From an uncultured Chloroflexia bacterium (lineage in GTDB: Bacteria > Chloroflexota > Anaerolineae > JAAYZQ01): 64,000 bases of DNA. The stretch covers positions 1-64,000 of the forward strand of contig CAVOXA010000007.1 of the NCBI GenBank assembly GCA_963700285.1, written 5' to 3'. The position numbers and the translations under genes were made by a program. The notes under the pieces are model-generated. The model was not told the DNA's origin. It did not search any database and was given only the letters and a program-made list of their open reading frames with translations. Position 1 is the stretch's first letter. Each line of letters starts with the position of its first letter. This document shows, one piece after another, positions 10,098 to 20,300 of the stretch.

Positions 10098-13000
10098 ATG
10101 GACTACGGTGTTCGTTCCAGGGGTCGCAGGGCTCTCTATGTCCTGGTGATCGTGTCATTGTTGACGAGTTCCCTTCTTGTTAGTGTCTCGGCCCAGACGG
10201 GTACGCTGATTTCGGCCGGATTTGACACGGGTGCGGATGGATTCAGCTACCAGGACGATGCGTTCCGGGGCACGGGGCAACCGGGCTATGCCAGCGGGTC
10301 GTATGAAGGCTCCGGGGGCTACAGCGGCGGAGGGCTGCGGGTGTATCTGGGGGCCATCGACAGCAATGTCATTAGCAACATGTCGGGTGGCTGGGTGCAG
10401 GGTTTCAGCCTGGGCTCGGCGGCGACGGTGACGGTGTCGTTCCGGTACAATCTGAGGATGTCGTCGGAGTATGAGAGCGACGAGTACGGGCAAGTGCTGG
10501 TGAGCCTGGACGGCACGCTGTACGGCCAGGGTGGCGACAGTGTGGCGCAGATGTCGGGCAATGGTAACGGTGGCAGCACAGAGACGACGGGCTGGCAGCA
10601 GTTCCAGTTCAGCGCGCCGCTGGGGTCCGGCAACCACACGTTGATCTTGGGTGGATACAACAACAAGAAGACGTACAACAACGAGTGGACGGAGGTACTG
10701 GTCGACGACGTGGTGGTGACGACGGGCAGCATGCCTCCAGTGGCGGACGCGGGACCGGACCAGTCGGTGACGGACGGCGACGGAAACGGGTCGGAGAGCG
10801 TGACGCTGGATGGGACGGACAGCTATGATGGGGATGGGACGATAGTAAGTTACGAGTGGAGCGAGGGCGGCGGACCCATTGCCAGCGGGGAAAACCCGAC
10901 CGTAGTTCTAGCGGTAGGCACGCACAACATCACGTTGACGGTGAGGGACAATGATGGCGAAACAGACGCGGATGTGGTGGTAATCAACGTCAGCGCGCCA
11001 GGAGCGGCGCAGGCGATCGTAGACCGATTGAGCCTGAGCCTGTTCAAGTCGAACATCGCGGATCTGGCGAGTTTTGGGGACCGGTGTCAGATGACGGGGT
11101 GCTCGCTGACGAGCTACAACAATGCGCAGAACTGGCTGGAAGGGCAGTTGGCCGGGCTGGGCTACAACGTAGAACGACACTACTACAGCTACAATGGCTC
11201 GACGCGAGCGAGCACGTACGTGACAAAGGTAGGGACGGTGCGGCCGGACCAGATGTACATGGTAGCCTGCCACCTGGATGGGCGAGGAGGAGGCGGGGCA
11301 GCGGACGACAACGGATCGGGCTGCTCGCTGTTGATGGAAGCGGCGCGGGTGTTTGCGATGGGTGACGTGGAGACGGATGTGTCGATCCGGTTCTTGTTTT
11401 GGGGGAACGAGGAGACGGGGCTGCATGGGAGTACGCAGTATCGAGACGACCGGGTAGGGCTGCAGGGGATAGAGAATCCGGCGGGGTCGGGGCAGTACCC
11501 GGAGCCGGAGTGGCTGGGGAACATCACGCACGACATGGTGCTGTACGACCACGGAGTACCGGCGCAGTCGGAGCAGAATCCGAACGCGGACCTGGATGTG
11601 GAGTATCGAGCGGGGACAAGCTACGAGGCCGCGTCCCACCAGTTGGCGGATTACGTGGCAGGAGCGGCGGGCAAGTATTCGGCGGACTATCCGGCGGAAG
11701 TGAACAACTATAGTACGAACACGGATGATACGCCGTACCACAACTACTGTCCGTCGATCAGCGTGAGAGAGAACCGGCGGTTGAACGAGATATCGGGCGT
11801 GCACCCGTACTATCACACATCAGGGGACGTGTACAGTAACTACTCGGAGCTGGATTTCAAGCTGGGGTTCAACGCGGTGCAGATGACGGTGGGCGCGGTA
11901 GCAGAGTTGTCCGGGGCACGGATTGTGTCAGCCAACAGCCCGCCGGAGGCGGCCGACGATAGCGCTGTGACCGACGAGGACACGGCGGTGGTGATCGACG
12001 TGCTGGCCAACGACACGGATAGTGATGGCACTCTGTTGCCGGGCAGTACGACTGTGACCAGCGGGCCCGGGAACGGCTCGACCAGCGTGAACGGTGGCAC
12101 CGGAGCGATCACCTACACGCCGAATGCCGATTACAACGGGGGCGACAGCTTTGTCTACCAGGTGTGCGACGACGGAGGCGCCTGCGACACAGCGACGGTG
12201 ACGGTGATGGTCAATGATGTGAACGATCCACCTCTGGCAATGGACGATGGGGCGGCGACGGACGAAGATACGGCGGTGGTTGTGGATGTGCTGGCCAACG
12301 ACTGGGATGTGGATGGCGCGCTGGTGCCGGGTAGCGTGCAGGTTGCCGCGCCGCCCACGCAGGGCGGGACCAGTGTAGACGGCACCACTGGGCAGATCAC
12401 CTACACGCCGAACACGGGCACCTCCGGCGGCGACTCGTTCGTCTATGAAGCCTGCGACGACGACGGTGCCTGTGCTTCAGCCACGGTCAGCGTCACGGTC
12501 AGCAAGCACAACGACCCGCCGGTAGCCAATGATGACAGTGGGATCACACCTGAGGACACGGCGGTGGTGGTCGACGTACTGCTCAACGACACGGATCTCG
12601 ACGGCACACTACAACCGGGGAGCGTCATGGTTACAAGCTGGCCGGCGAACGGGTACACGGGGGTGAACCCCACGACGGGGGAAGTGACCTACACCCCTGT
12701 CGGTGGCTTCTCAGGTGGCGATTCGTTCGTGTACCAGGTCTGCGATGATGATGGCGCCTGCGACACGGCTACCGTGAGCGTGACCATCAACCCTGCGCTG
12801 ACGGGAGGGCCCAATCTGGAGGCAGGAACGGTGAGCGGCGTGGGCAGCGGAGGCTGGACGACGGTGACCTTGGCCCAGAGCTACAACTCGATGGTCGTCG
12901 TGGCCAGCGCAAACTATGATAAGGGCAGCCCTGCCGGTGTTGTGCGCGTTCAGAACGCCTCTGGCAGCAGCTTCCAAGTCCGCGTGGACCCGGCTGCGGC

Positions 13001-13643
13001 GTCAGGCTCCATCAGCGGCGTGACGGTACACTATGCCGTCGTCGAGGAAGGGGTCTACAATGAGGTCGATCACGGCGTCAAGATGGAGGCCGTCAAGTTC
13101 ACCTCGACCCGGACCGATCAGAACAACAGCTGGGTGGGGGAGAGCCGGAGCTACGCCAATGCCTACTCCCAACCGGTCGTCCTTGGCCAGGTCATGACCT
13201 ACAACGACCCCGACTGGTCGGTCTTCTGGGCGCGCGGCTCCAGTCGCGGTGCTCCGCCCTCGAGCAGTGCTCTGTTCGTCGGCAAGCACGTGGGCGAGGA
13301 TGCCGATGCGACCCGGGCCGACGAGGTCATTGGCTACGTTGTCATCGAGGCTGGGAGTGGTACGACAGGTACCAGGAGCTATGTAGCCGGGTTGGGTGCT
13401 GATACTGTGATGGGCATGGACAACTCCCCGCCCTACAACTATGGGATCAGCGGGCTGTCGTCGGCCGGCAGCGCTATTGTCAGCGCCGCGGCCATGGACG
13501 GCGGCAACGGCGGCTGGCCTGTGCTGTACGGAGCCAGCTCCGTCTCGACTGCCAGCCTGAGCCTGGTTTTCGATGAGGATCAGATGAACGATTCGGAGCG
13601 CAAGCACTCCACGGAGCAGGTGGCCTACATCGTCTTTGAGTAG
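10098..13643 (+). CDS. Secreted M28 metallopeptidase with Ig-like repeats and a distinct C-terminal beta-domain (paralogue 2)
   Basis: ATG 10098 after GAGAGGAG (ORF track starts 10071); M28 module essentially identical to paralogue 1; three Cys-containing Ig repeats (Y(Q/E)(V/A)CDD.GAC). Confidence 0.88.
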   Translation: MDYGVRSRGRRALYVLVIVSLLTSSLLVSVSAQTGTLISAGFDTGADGFSYQDDAFRGTGQPGYASGSYEGSGGYSGGGLRVYLGAIDSNVISNMSGGWVQGFSLGSAATVTVSFRYNLRMSSEYESDEYGQVLVSLDGTLYGQGGDSVAQMSGNGNGGSTETTGWQQFQFSAPLGSGNHTLILGGYNNKKTYNNEWTEVLVDDVVVTTGSMPPVADAGPDQSVTDGDGNGSESVTLDGTDSYDGDGTIVSYEWSEGGGPIASGENPTVVLAVGTHNITLTVRDNDGETDADVVVINVSAPGAAQAIVDRLSLSLFKSNIADLASFGDRCQMTGCSLTSYNNAQNWLEGQLAGLGYNVERHYYSYNGSTRASTYVTKVGTVRPDQMYMVACHLDGRGGGGAADDNGSGCSLLMEAARVFAMGDVETDVSIRFLFWGNEETGLHGSTQYRDDRVGLQGIENPAGSGQYPEPEWLGNITHDMVLYDHGVPAQSEQNPNADLDVEYRAGTSYEAASHQLADYVAGAAGKYSADYPAEVNNYSTNTDDTPYHNYCPSISVRENRRLNEISGVHPYYHTSGDVYSNYSELDFKLGFNAVQMTVGAVAELSGARIVSANSPPEAADDSAVTDEDTAVVIDVLANDTDSDGTLLPGSTTVTSGPGNGSTSVNGGTGAITYTPNADYNGGDSFVYQVCDDGGACDTATVTVMVNDVNDPPLAMDDGAATDEDTAVVVDVLANDWDVDGALVPGSVQVAAPPTQGGTSVDGTTGQITYTPNTGTSGGDSFVYEACDDDGACASATVSVTVSKHNDPPVANDDSGITPEDTAVVVDVLLNDTDLDGTLQPGSVMVTSWPANGYTGVNPTTGEVTYTPVGGFSGGDSFVYQVCDDDGACDTATVSVTINPALTGGPNLEAGTVSGVGSGGWTTVTLAQSYNSMVVVASANYDKGSPAGVVRVQNASGSSFQVRVDPAAASGSISGVTVHYAVVEEGVYNEVDHGVKMEAVKFTSTRTDQNNSWVGESRSYANAYSQPVVLGQVMTYNDPDWSVFWARGSSRGAPPSSSALFVGKHVGEDADATRADEVIGYVVIEAGSGTTGTRSYVAGLGADTVMGMDNSPPYNYGISGLSSAGSAIVSAAAMDGGNGGWPVLYGASSVSTASLSLVFDEDQMNDSERKHSTEQVAYIVFE
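10191..11932 (+). repeat. Copy 2 of the 1742-bp near-identical duplication
   Basis: Matches 4915-6656. Confidence 0.95.
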
Positions 13644-13757
13644 CCGGTGTGCAGACTGGCAGCCGCACGCAGACTGGGTGCGAGTCTACTATGGCTATGG
13701 CGAGTTGAGGTGGGTCATGGTTGGACAGGTGACAGCGGAGCAGAGGGAGAAGGCGAA

Positions 13758-16700
13758 ATGAATGATGGAGGAAAGGCAACAATCCGGTTGGTGCTGTTAT
13801 CCATGCTGCTGGTAGCTATGGTGTTGCCGGTGGACACCCTGACCAGCGCCGCCCTGGCCGCGCCCGGCGCAGTGATCCTGGACGCCAAGTTCGACGCCGG
13901 TACCGATGACTTTGCCTACCAGGATGACGCCTTTGGCACCAGCCAGCCCGGCTACGCCGCGGGTTCGCACGTTCCCTCGGGCGGCTACGGTGGCAGCGGT
14001 GGGCTGCAGGTGATCCTGGGTGGTATCAACAGCAATACGGTCAATGACATGTCCGGTGGCTGGGTGCGAACCTTTAACCTCGGGGGACAGGCTGAGGGCG
14101 CCGTCCTGTCGTTCCGCTACCAACTGTCCCAGTCGTCCTCCTACGAATGGGACGAGTACAGCCGCACGCTGGCCTCACTGGATGGCGCTCTGCTTGGTCA
14201 AGGCGCCAAGACCTACGTGGACCACGTCGGCGGGACCAATACCAGCTTGTCCATGACCACTCGCTGGCAACAATACGAGATCTACCTGGGCAGCCTGTCA
14301 CCCGGCGACCATACGCTGATCCTCGGTGGCTTTAACAACAGGAAGAACCAGTCTGACGAGCAAACCGAGGTCCTCATTGATGAGGTATTGATCACCAGCG
14401 ACAACCCTGCGCCGGCAACCAGTGGCCCGCAGAGCATCGTGGGACGCCTGGACATCAACCAGTTCAAGTCCTACATCCAGACGCTGTCCGGCTATGGCGA
14501 TCGCTGCCAGATGACCGGCTGCACCCTGACCAGCTTTGACAACGCCCAGGCCTGGCTGGAGGGGGAGTTGCAGGCCATGGGCTACACCGTCGAGCGCCAC
14601 TACTACACCTACGATGGCACGCAGCGCTCCAACTTGTATGTCACCAAGACCGGTGCGGTCCATGCGGACCAGATGTACATGGTCTCCGCTCACCTGGACG
14701 GCCGGGGAGGGGGCGGGGCTGCCGACGACGACGGATCGGGCAGCGCCCTGGTGCTGGAGGCCGCCCGCGTCTTTGCCGCTTCCGATGTCGAGTCTGACAT
14801 CTCAATACGCTTCCTGTGGTGGGGCAACGAGGAGAGCGGACTGAACGGCAGTACCGCCTACCGCGCTGATCGCTTTGGCGCCGCCGGCGAGCCTACCTGG
14901 CTGGGCCACATTGCCCACGACATGGTACTCTATGACCATGGCGTAGGCTCGCCCTCTCCCGCCCAGAGCCCCTACGCCGACCTGGATGTCGAGTATCGAG
15001 GCGGAACCACATACCAAGCTCAGTCGCAGGACCTGGCCTACGCCTGGCGTCTGTCCAACCGCGACTACTCGCCCGACTATCCGGCCAACGTCGGCAACTA
15101 TAGTACCAACACCGACGACACCCCGTTTCACAACTACTGTCCTTCGGTCAGCGTGCGCGAGAACCGCAGAAGGTCGACCTACGGTGAGTGGATCAACCCT
15201 TACTATCACACGGCCAACGATCTCTATGCCAACTACTCGGAGGACGATTTTCGTCTAGGCTTCAACGCGGTACAAGCCACGGTGGGCGTCGTGGCCGAGC
15301 TGGCCGGTGCGCGCTTGGTCGGGCCCAACCTTCCACCGATGGCCTACCCGCAGTCGGTTACCACGCCCGAGGACACGCCGGTGGGCATCACCCTTACCGG
15401 TTCCGACCCGGACAACAACCCGTTGACCTTCCACATCGACACCAACCCCAGCCACGGCGCGCTGAGCGGCACGGCGCCCAATCTCACCTATTCGCCCGAT
15501 GCCAACTATCATGGAGCAGACGCTTTTACCTTTCACGTCGGCGATGGCAGCGTTCCTTCAGCCCCCGCGACTGTGGACATCACCGTCACTCCCGTCGACG
15601 ACCCGCCGGTTGCTTTCTCGAGGTCGGCCAGCACACCGGCGGGTTCGCCGGTCAGCATCAGGCTGAGTGGCTCTGATCCGGACGGTGGGCCCGTCAGCTA
15701 CGAGCTGCTTTCCGACCCTGGCCAAGGGTCGCTTTCGGGCGATGTGCCCAGCCTGACCTACGTGCCTGGCGCGAGCTATTCCGGCCCGGACAGCTTTGAC
15801 TTTAGGGTGACCGGGGGTGGCGCCGATTCTACTCCGGCCACGGTGTCAATCACTGTCTACCCCGCGACAGAGCTTTACTTTGACGACTTTGAGACCGACC
15901 AGGGCTGGGTGGTGGATCCCGATGGGACCGACTCGGCGGGCCCCGGTGCCTGGGAACGCGCTGTCCCGCAGGCGACGGAACTGGATGGACCCAAGCAACT
16001 CGCGATTCCGGTCAGCGGCCGCTACGATCTGGTCACGGCTGCGCTGGCGGGCACAGACGCCGGCAAGTACGACCTGGATCGTGGGGTGACCTCGATCCGT
16101 TCGCCCGACATCACACTGCCCACGGGCCAGGATCTTGGCCTCTCGCTCTACTACTATCTGGCCCATTCACAGAACGCATCGCCCGCCGACTATATGCGGG
16201 TGCGGGTGGTCGGCTCCACTACGACCGTATTCGATCTGCCGGGCGCCAGCCGCAACGTCGATGCTGCCTGGGCTGGGTTCAATGCTCCATTGAACGACTT
16301 TGCCGGTGAAACGATCTACCTGCTCGTAGAAGCCGCCGATGAGCAGAGAGCCAGTCTGGTCGAGGCGGCCGTAGATGATGTGCGCATCGCGGTCAGCGAC
16401 CCGTCAACGCCGCTCCTTGCCGAAGACTTTGACGCCGGTTCAGGAGGCTTTGCCTACGAGGACGATGTCTTCCGCTTCACGAACCGGCCTGGGTATGCTG
16501 ATGGCGAACAGGTCGCCTCGGGAGGCCGCACGGGCGGTGCGCTGCAAGTGACGCTGGGAGGCAAGGACCAGGCCATCATCGACGGGATGTCGGGCGGCTG
16601 GCAGCGAAGCTTTAATTTGGCTGCGCCCTCAGAGCTGACGCTGTCCCTGTGGTACAAATTGACCCAGTCAGCCTATTACGAGGCCGACGAGTTGAGCGAG

Positions 16701-16943
16701 GTACTGGTGTCCCTGGACGGCGCGCTGTACGGCCTCACGCCCACAGAGTACGTGGCCCAGATGGCCGGCAACGGCAATGGCGGAGGACCCGAGAGCACCG
16801 GCTGGCAGCACTTTGCTGCCAGCCTTGGGACCTGGCCGGCGGGCGAGCATAGGCTCGTCCTGGGCGGCTATAACGGCAGAAAGAGCTATCACGACGAGAC
16901 GACCGAGGTGCTGATCGACGACCTGCTGCTGGTCGGGAAATAG
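13758..16943 (+). CDS. Secreted M28 metallopeptidase with Ig repeats and MAM-like domain (paralogue 3)
   Basis: Likely ATG 13758 before a signal peptide; SAHLDG, AADDDGSG, NEESG, HDM, YYHT motifs; same terminal beta-domains as paralogue 1. Confidence 0.86.
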   Translation: MNDGGKATIRLVLLSMLLVAMVLPVDTLTSAALAAPGAVILDAKFDAGTDDFAYQDDAFGTSQPGYAAGSHVPSGGYGGSGGLQVILGGINSNTVNDMSGGWVRTFNLGGQAEGAVLSFRYQLSQSSSYEWDEYSRTLASLDGALLGQGAKTYVDHVGGTNTSLSMTTRWQQYEIYLGSLSPGDHTLILGGFNNRKNQSDEQTEVLIDEVLITSDNPAPATSGPQSIVGRLDINQFKSYIQTLSGYGDRCQMTGCTLTSFDNAQAWLEGELQAMGYTVERHYYTYDGTQRSNLYVTKTGAVHADQMYMVSAHLDGRGGGGAADDDGSGSALVLEAARVFAASDVESDISIRFLWWGNEESGLNGSTAYRADRFGAAGEPTWLGHIAHDMVLYDHGVGSPSPAQSPYADLDVEYRGGTTYQAQSQDLAYAWRLSNRDYSPDYPANVGNYSTNTDDTPFHNYCPSVSVRENRRRSTYGEWINPYYHTANDLYANYSEDDFRLGFNAVQATVGVVAELAGARLVGPNLPPMAYPQSVTTPEDTPVGITLTGSDPDNNPLTFHIDTNPSHGALSGTAPNLTYSPDANYHGADAFTFHVGDGSVPSAPATVDITVTPVDDPPVAFSRSASTPAGSPVSIRLSGSDPDGGPVSYELLSDPGQGSLSGDVPSLTYVPGASYSGPDSFDFRVTGGGADSTPATVSITVYPATELYFDDFETDQGWVVDPDGTDSAGPGAWERAVPQATELDGPKQLAIPVSGRYDLVTAALAGTDAGKYDLDRGVTSIRSPDITLPTGQDLGLSLYYYLAHSQNASPADYMRVRVVGSTTTVFDLPGASRNVDAAWAGFNAPLNDFAGETIYLLVEAADEQRASLVEAAVDDVRIAVSDPSTPLLAEDFDAGSGGFAYEDDVFRFTNRPGYADGEQVASGGRTGGALQVTLGGKDQAIIDGMSGGWQRSFNLAAPSELTLSLWYKLTQSAYYEADELSEVLVSLDGALYGLTPTEYVAQMAGNGNGGGPESTGWQHFAASLGTWPAGEHRLVLGGYNGRKSYHDETTEVLIDDLLLVGK

Positions 16944-17065
16944 AGGGGGCCGAACCTTGCCGCGAGCTCTGCCCCACGCAATGGGTGTTGAGTCTGGCGG
17001 ATTCACCAGGGTTCTGGGTGCCCTGAGGTCGACTGAGGCAAACAGGGAGGATGGAGAAGCCGTAA

Positions 17066-17094
17066 TTGCTCTTGTAACAAACTTGTGGTATAAT
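17066..17094 (+). promoter_or_regulatory. Putative sigma70 promoter
   Basis: TTGCTC-17 nt-TATAAT with extended -10 TG. Confidence 0.55.
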
Positions 17095-17318
17095 TCGAGA
17101 AGGAAATAGTCCCTGCGTCACCTGTCCGACCAGACGGGCGGGTTGGAAGTCAGCGCAGTATGCGTTGATCAGTTGCGGAAAACAAGGTTGCCACTGATTG
17201 TGGGGGGATGGCATAGACCATGGCCCCAAGGGTGCTTGCTGCTATCTCATCGAGACATCACTGTAGCCCACAGGTCTTTCTTAGGTCGCGAATAAGGCAA
17301 GTCAGGAGGAGGAATCAA

Positions 17319-20300
17319 ATGCAAACGGTGAATAGGACGCTCAAAAGGTACGCCCCACCGCGGAGCCTGTCCAGCTGGGTATTCAAGGCAGCCATGGCCC
17401 TGGTCCTGCTGCTTTCCCTGGTCCTGCTGCTGCCCGGGGTGGGCTACAGCGCCAACCCGGCGCCCAACCAGATCTACTATGTGCCCATGCGGGACAATGA
17501 TCTGCTGACGATGCTGGAGGATATCGACCAGCCGGCGGAGGACGGTGCCTGGCCTGATCCGGCAAGCCCGGTGCGGACCATTGCCTCCATCACCATCGGT
17601 TCCACGGGCACGCTGGTCTACTATGACCAGTGGGAGGACGGCTACGAGGCCAACGCCTCCATGGGCAATCCCACCAGCCTCTACAACAGCACCACCAACC
17701 CCGACGGTACCCAGATCTGGGGCGACGGCATCCTGTCCAACGGCTGTCCCCCGGCCATCGACAATGTGGCCAATCCCTGTGCTACTGCCGCCGATGACCA
17801 GTTCAATGCTGGGGACGTGATCACCCTCGACAACAAAGTACACATGCCCCTCACCGACGGCGCGACCCCCAATGGCCAGTACCTGGACCAATTCTCCACG
17901 AGCGCCTACAACAACAGCGACGGCTCCACATCGTGGACGACCAGCTGGGTGGAAAGCGGCGATACTGGCGGCGCGACCAGTGGCGACATCCAGGTCACCG
18001 GCGGCAAGCTGCGGTTTATGAACGCGGAGGGTGGGGATTACATCAGCCGCGTCGCGTCTGTTCCTGCTACCGCGGATAGGGCAATCCTTCATTTCACGAT
18101 AAATCCACTCTTCTCTTCGCAGAGCGACGTTATGGAAGTATGGGCCACCAGCGGCGCTGGATATACAAGGGTGAAAACCATCGATGCCGATAACCATCCC
18201 CTTGAGGAGCCCTACGCCGTCAACCTCACCGGCTTCAAGGGTACCTCTATGGGGATTAGGTTCCGGCAGGCCAGCAGCCTTGGTTCCAATCAGGGGTGGG
18301 AGATCGACGATGTGGAGATCACGTGGGGTGAGGCCCATACCCGAAGCGCGAGCCGAGTGTACTATGACGGCGGCGACAAGATCGGCGCTACCTTCCCGGT
18401 GGCTCTGACCCGCGTGGGCACTCCCCACGTGCCCGGCTCGGTGATGGCCGGCGCCACCGAGATGGAAGAGATCGACCTGTGGGGCACCTCCTTCGTGGCT
18501 CCGGTGGGCGAGGACACGCCCGACGCCAATACCAGCGCCTTCGAGTACGTGTACCTCTGGATCATGGCCAAGGAGGCCGGCACAACGGTCCAGATCGATA
18601 GCGATGCCAACGGCTCCGTCGACGATACCCAGACCTTGGCCGAGGGCGCTAACTACTACCGGCGCGGCATCCAGGAGGGGGCCACGGTTACGACCAACCA
18701 TCCGGTGCAGGTGCACCTCGTGGCCGCCGACCAGGGTGATACCTTTGAGCAGCGTTGGTACCACCTGGCGCCTCGTGACCAGTGGGACTCGAGCTATTAT
18801 GCCAGCGTGGGCACTGCTCCTGCGAGCTCTGGCTCGGGCTGTACTGAGGTTTGGGCCTACAACCCCAATGGCAGCCAGATCACGATCAGCGTCGACCGAC
18901 CAGGCGCTGCCACTACCACTTTCAACGTGGCCGCTAACGACGCCGATGAATGGCCAGGATCTGCGACCAACTTGGCTGGACGTGGTCTCCATCTATACAC
19001 TACCGGTGGTCAAGATTTCCTGCCCTTTCAGATCATCGACTGCACCAAGGACACGAGTGGTACCGAAGGGCGCCTCTTCGACTGGGGCTATCCCTTGATC
19101 CCGGCGGACCAGCTCACCTCTCAGTATCTGGTCGGCTGGGCGCCTGGCTGCACGGGTGACCCCATCTCGCCGGGGCTCTGCCAGGACCCTGACATCAACG
19201 GCGGCGCCGCCGCAAGCCGCAGCGTGATCTGGGTTACGCCCGTGCAGAACACGACGGTGTATGTCGCCTTTGACGGTGGCGACATCAACTGCCCTGGCGG
19301 TGCAGGTGCGGACTATTCCTTCAGCGCCACGGCGCTGACTTCCTACGGCCTCGTCGACGACCCGGGCGACGTCATCTCGGGCGAGGACGACTATGACATG
19401 ACCGGCGCCCGCATCGTCACCTGCAACGGCGTTGACCTGGCCGTGGCCTATGGCCAGGATCCGCCCCGCTCAGGCGGCAACGACGCTGAGGCCCTGGACC
19501 TGGGTACCGTTGTCCTACCCCTGGCGGGGGACATTACCCTCGAAAAGTCGGTGGACAAGACCCTGGTACCCCGGGGCGGCTCGGTCACCTATACCTACCT
19601 TGTGCGAAGCACCGGCCAGCCGCTGAGCGACGTCTCGGTGACCGACAACAAGTGCTCGCCGGCGGTGCCGACACTGAGCGGTGGCTATAACGTCGGCGAC
19701 ACGGCCAACCTCGGCTTCTTGGACCCCGGCGAGAGCTGGCAGTACACCTGCAGCACCAACATCTACCACCAGACCACCAACGTGGCCTTTGCCAGCGGCA
19801 CACCCGATGGCGGCACAACCTACATCGACAGCCCGCCTGACGAGGAGACGGTCAACGTTACCGACCCGGCCGCCATCGGCGACTATGTCTGGTTCGACGA
19901 GGATGGCGACGGCGACCAGGATGCTGGCGAGGCCGGCATTCCCAACGTCAAGGTGGAGCTGCTGGACAACCAGAACGCCGTAGTGGCCACAACCTGGACC
20001 GACGCCGACGGCGGCTACGTCTTTACCGGACTTGCGCCCGGAACCTATACCGTCCGCATCGACACGACCACGCTGCCCGATCCAGATGGCGCGGGTCCTG
20101 CTGGCCTGCACCCGACCTACGACGAGGATAGCGGAACGACCAACCCCGATCACCAGACCAGCGTGACCGTAGCCGCCGGCGACGAGCACATGACGGCCGA
20201 CTTTGGCTACAACTGGGCGACGCCTGGCGAGACCAACGACCCTGGGAATCAGAATGAACCCAAGGGCGCCATCGGCGACCGGGTCTGGATCGACGCCGAC

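Noticed and set aside
4915-11932. Diversity-generating retroelement template/variable repeat
   Set aside because: The repeat is 1.7 kb, differences are not adenine-specific, and no reverse transcriptase is present
17247-18992. Long antisense ORFs (also 28363-30045, 33045-34568, 36837-38309, 58028-59377)
   Set aside because: Shadow frames of GC-rich genes on the opposite strand, with no recognisable motifs
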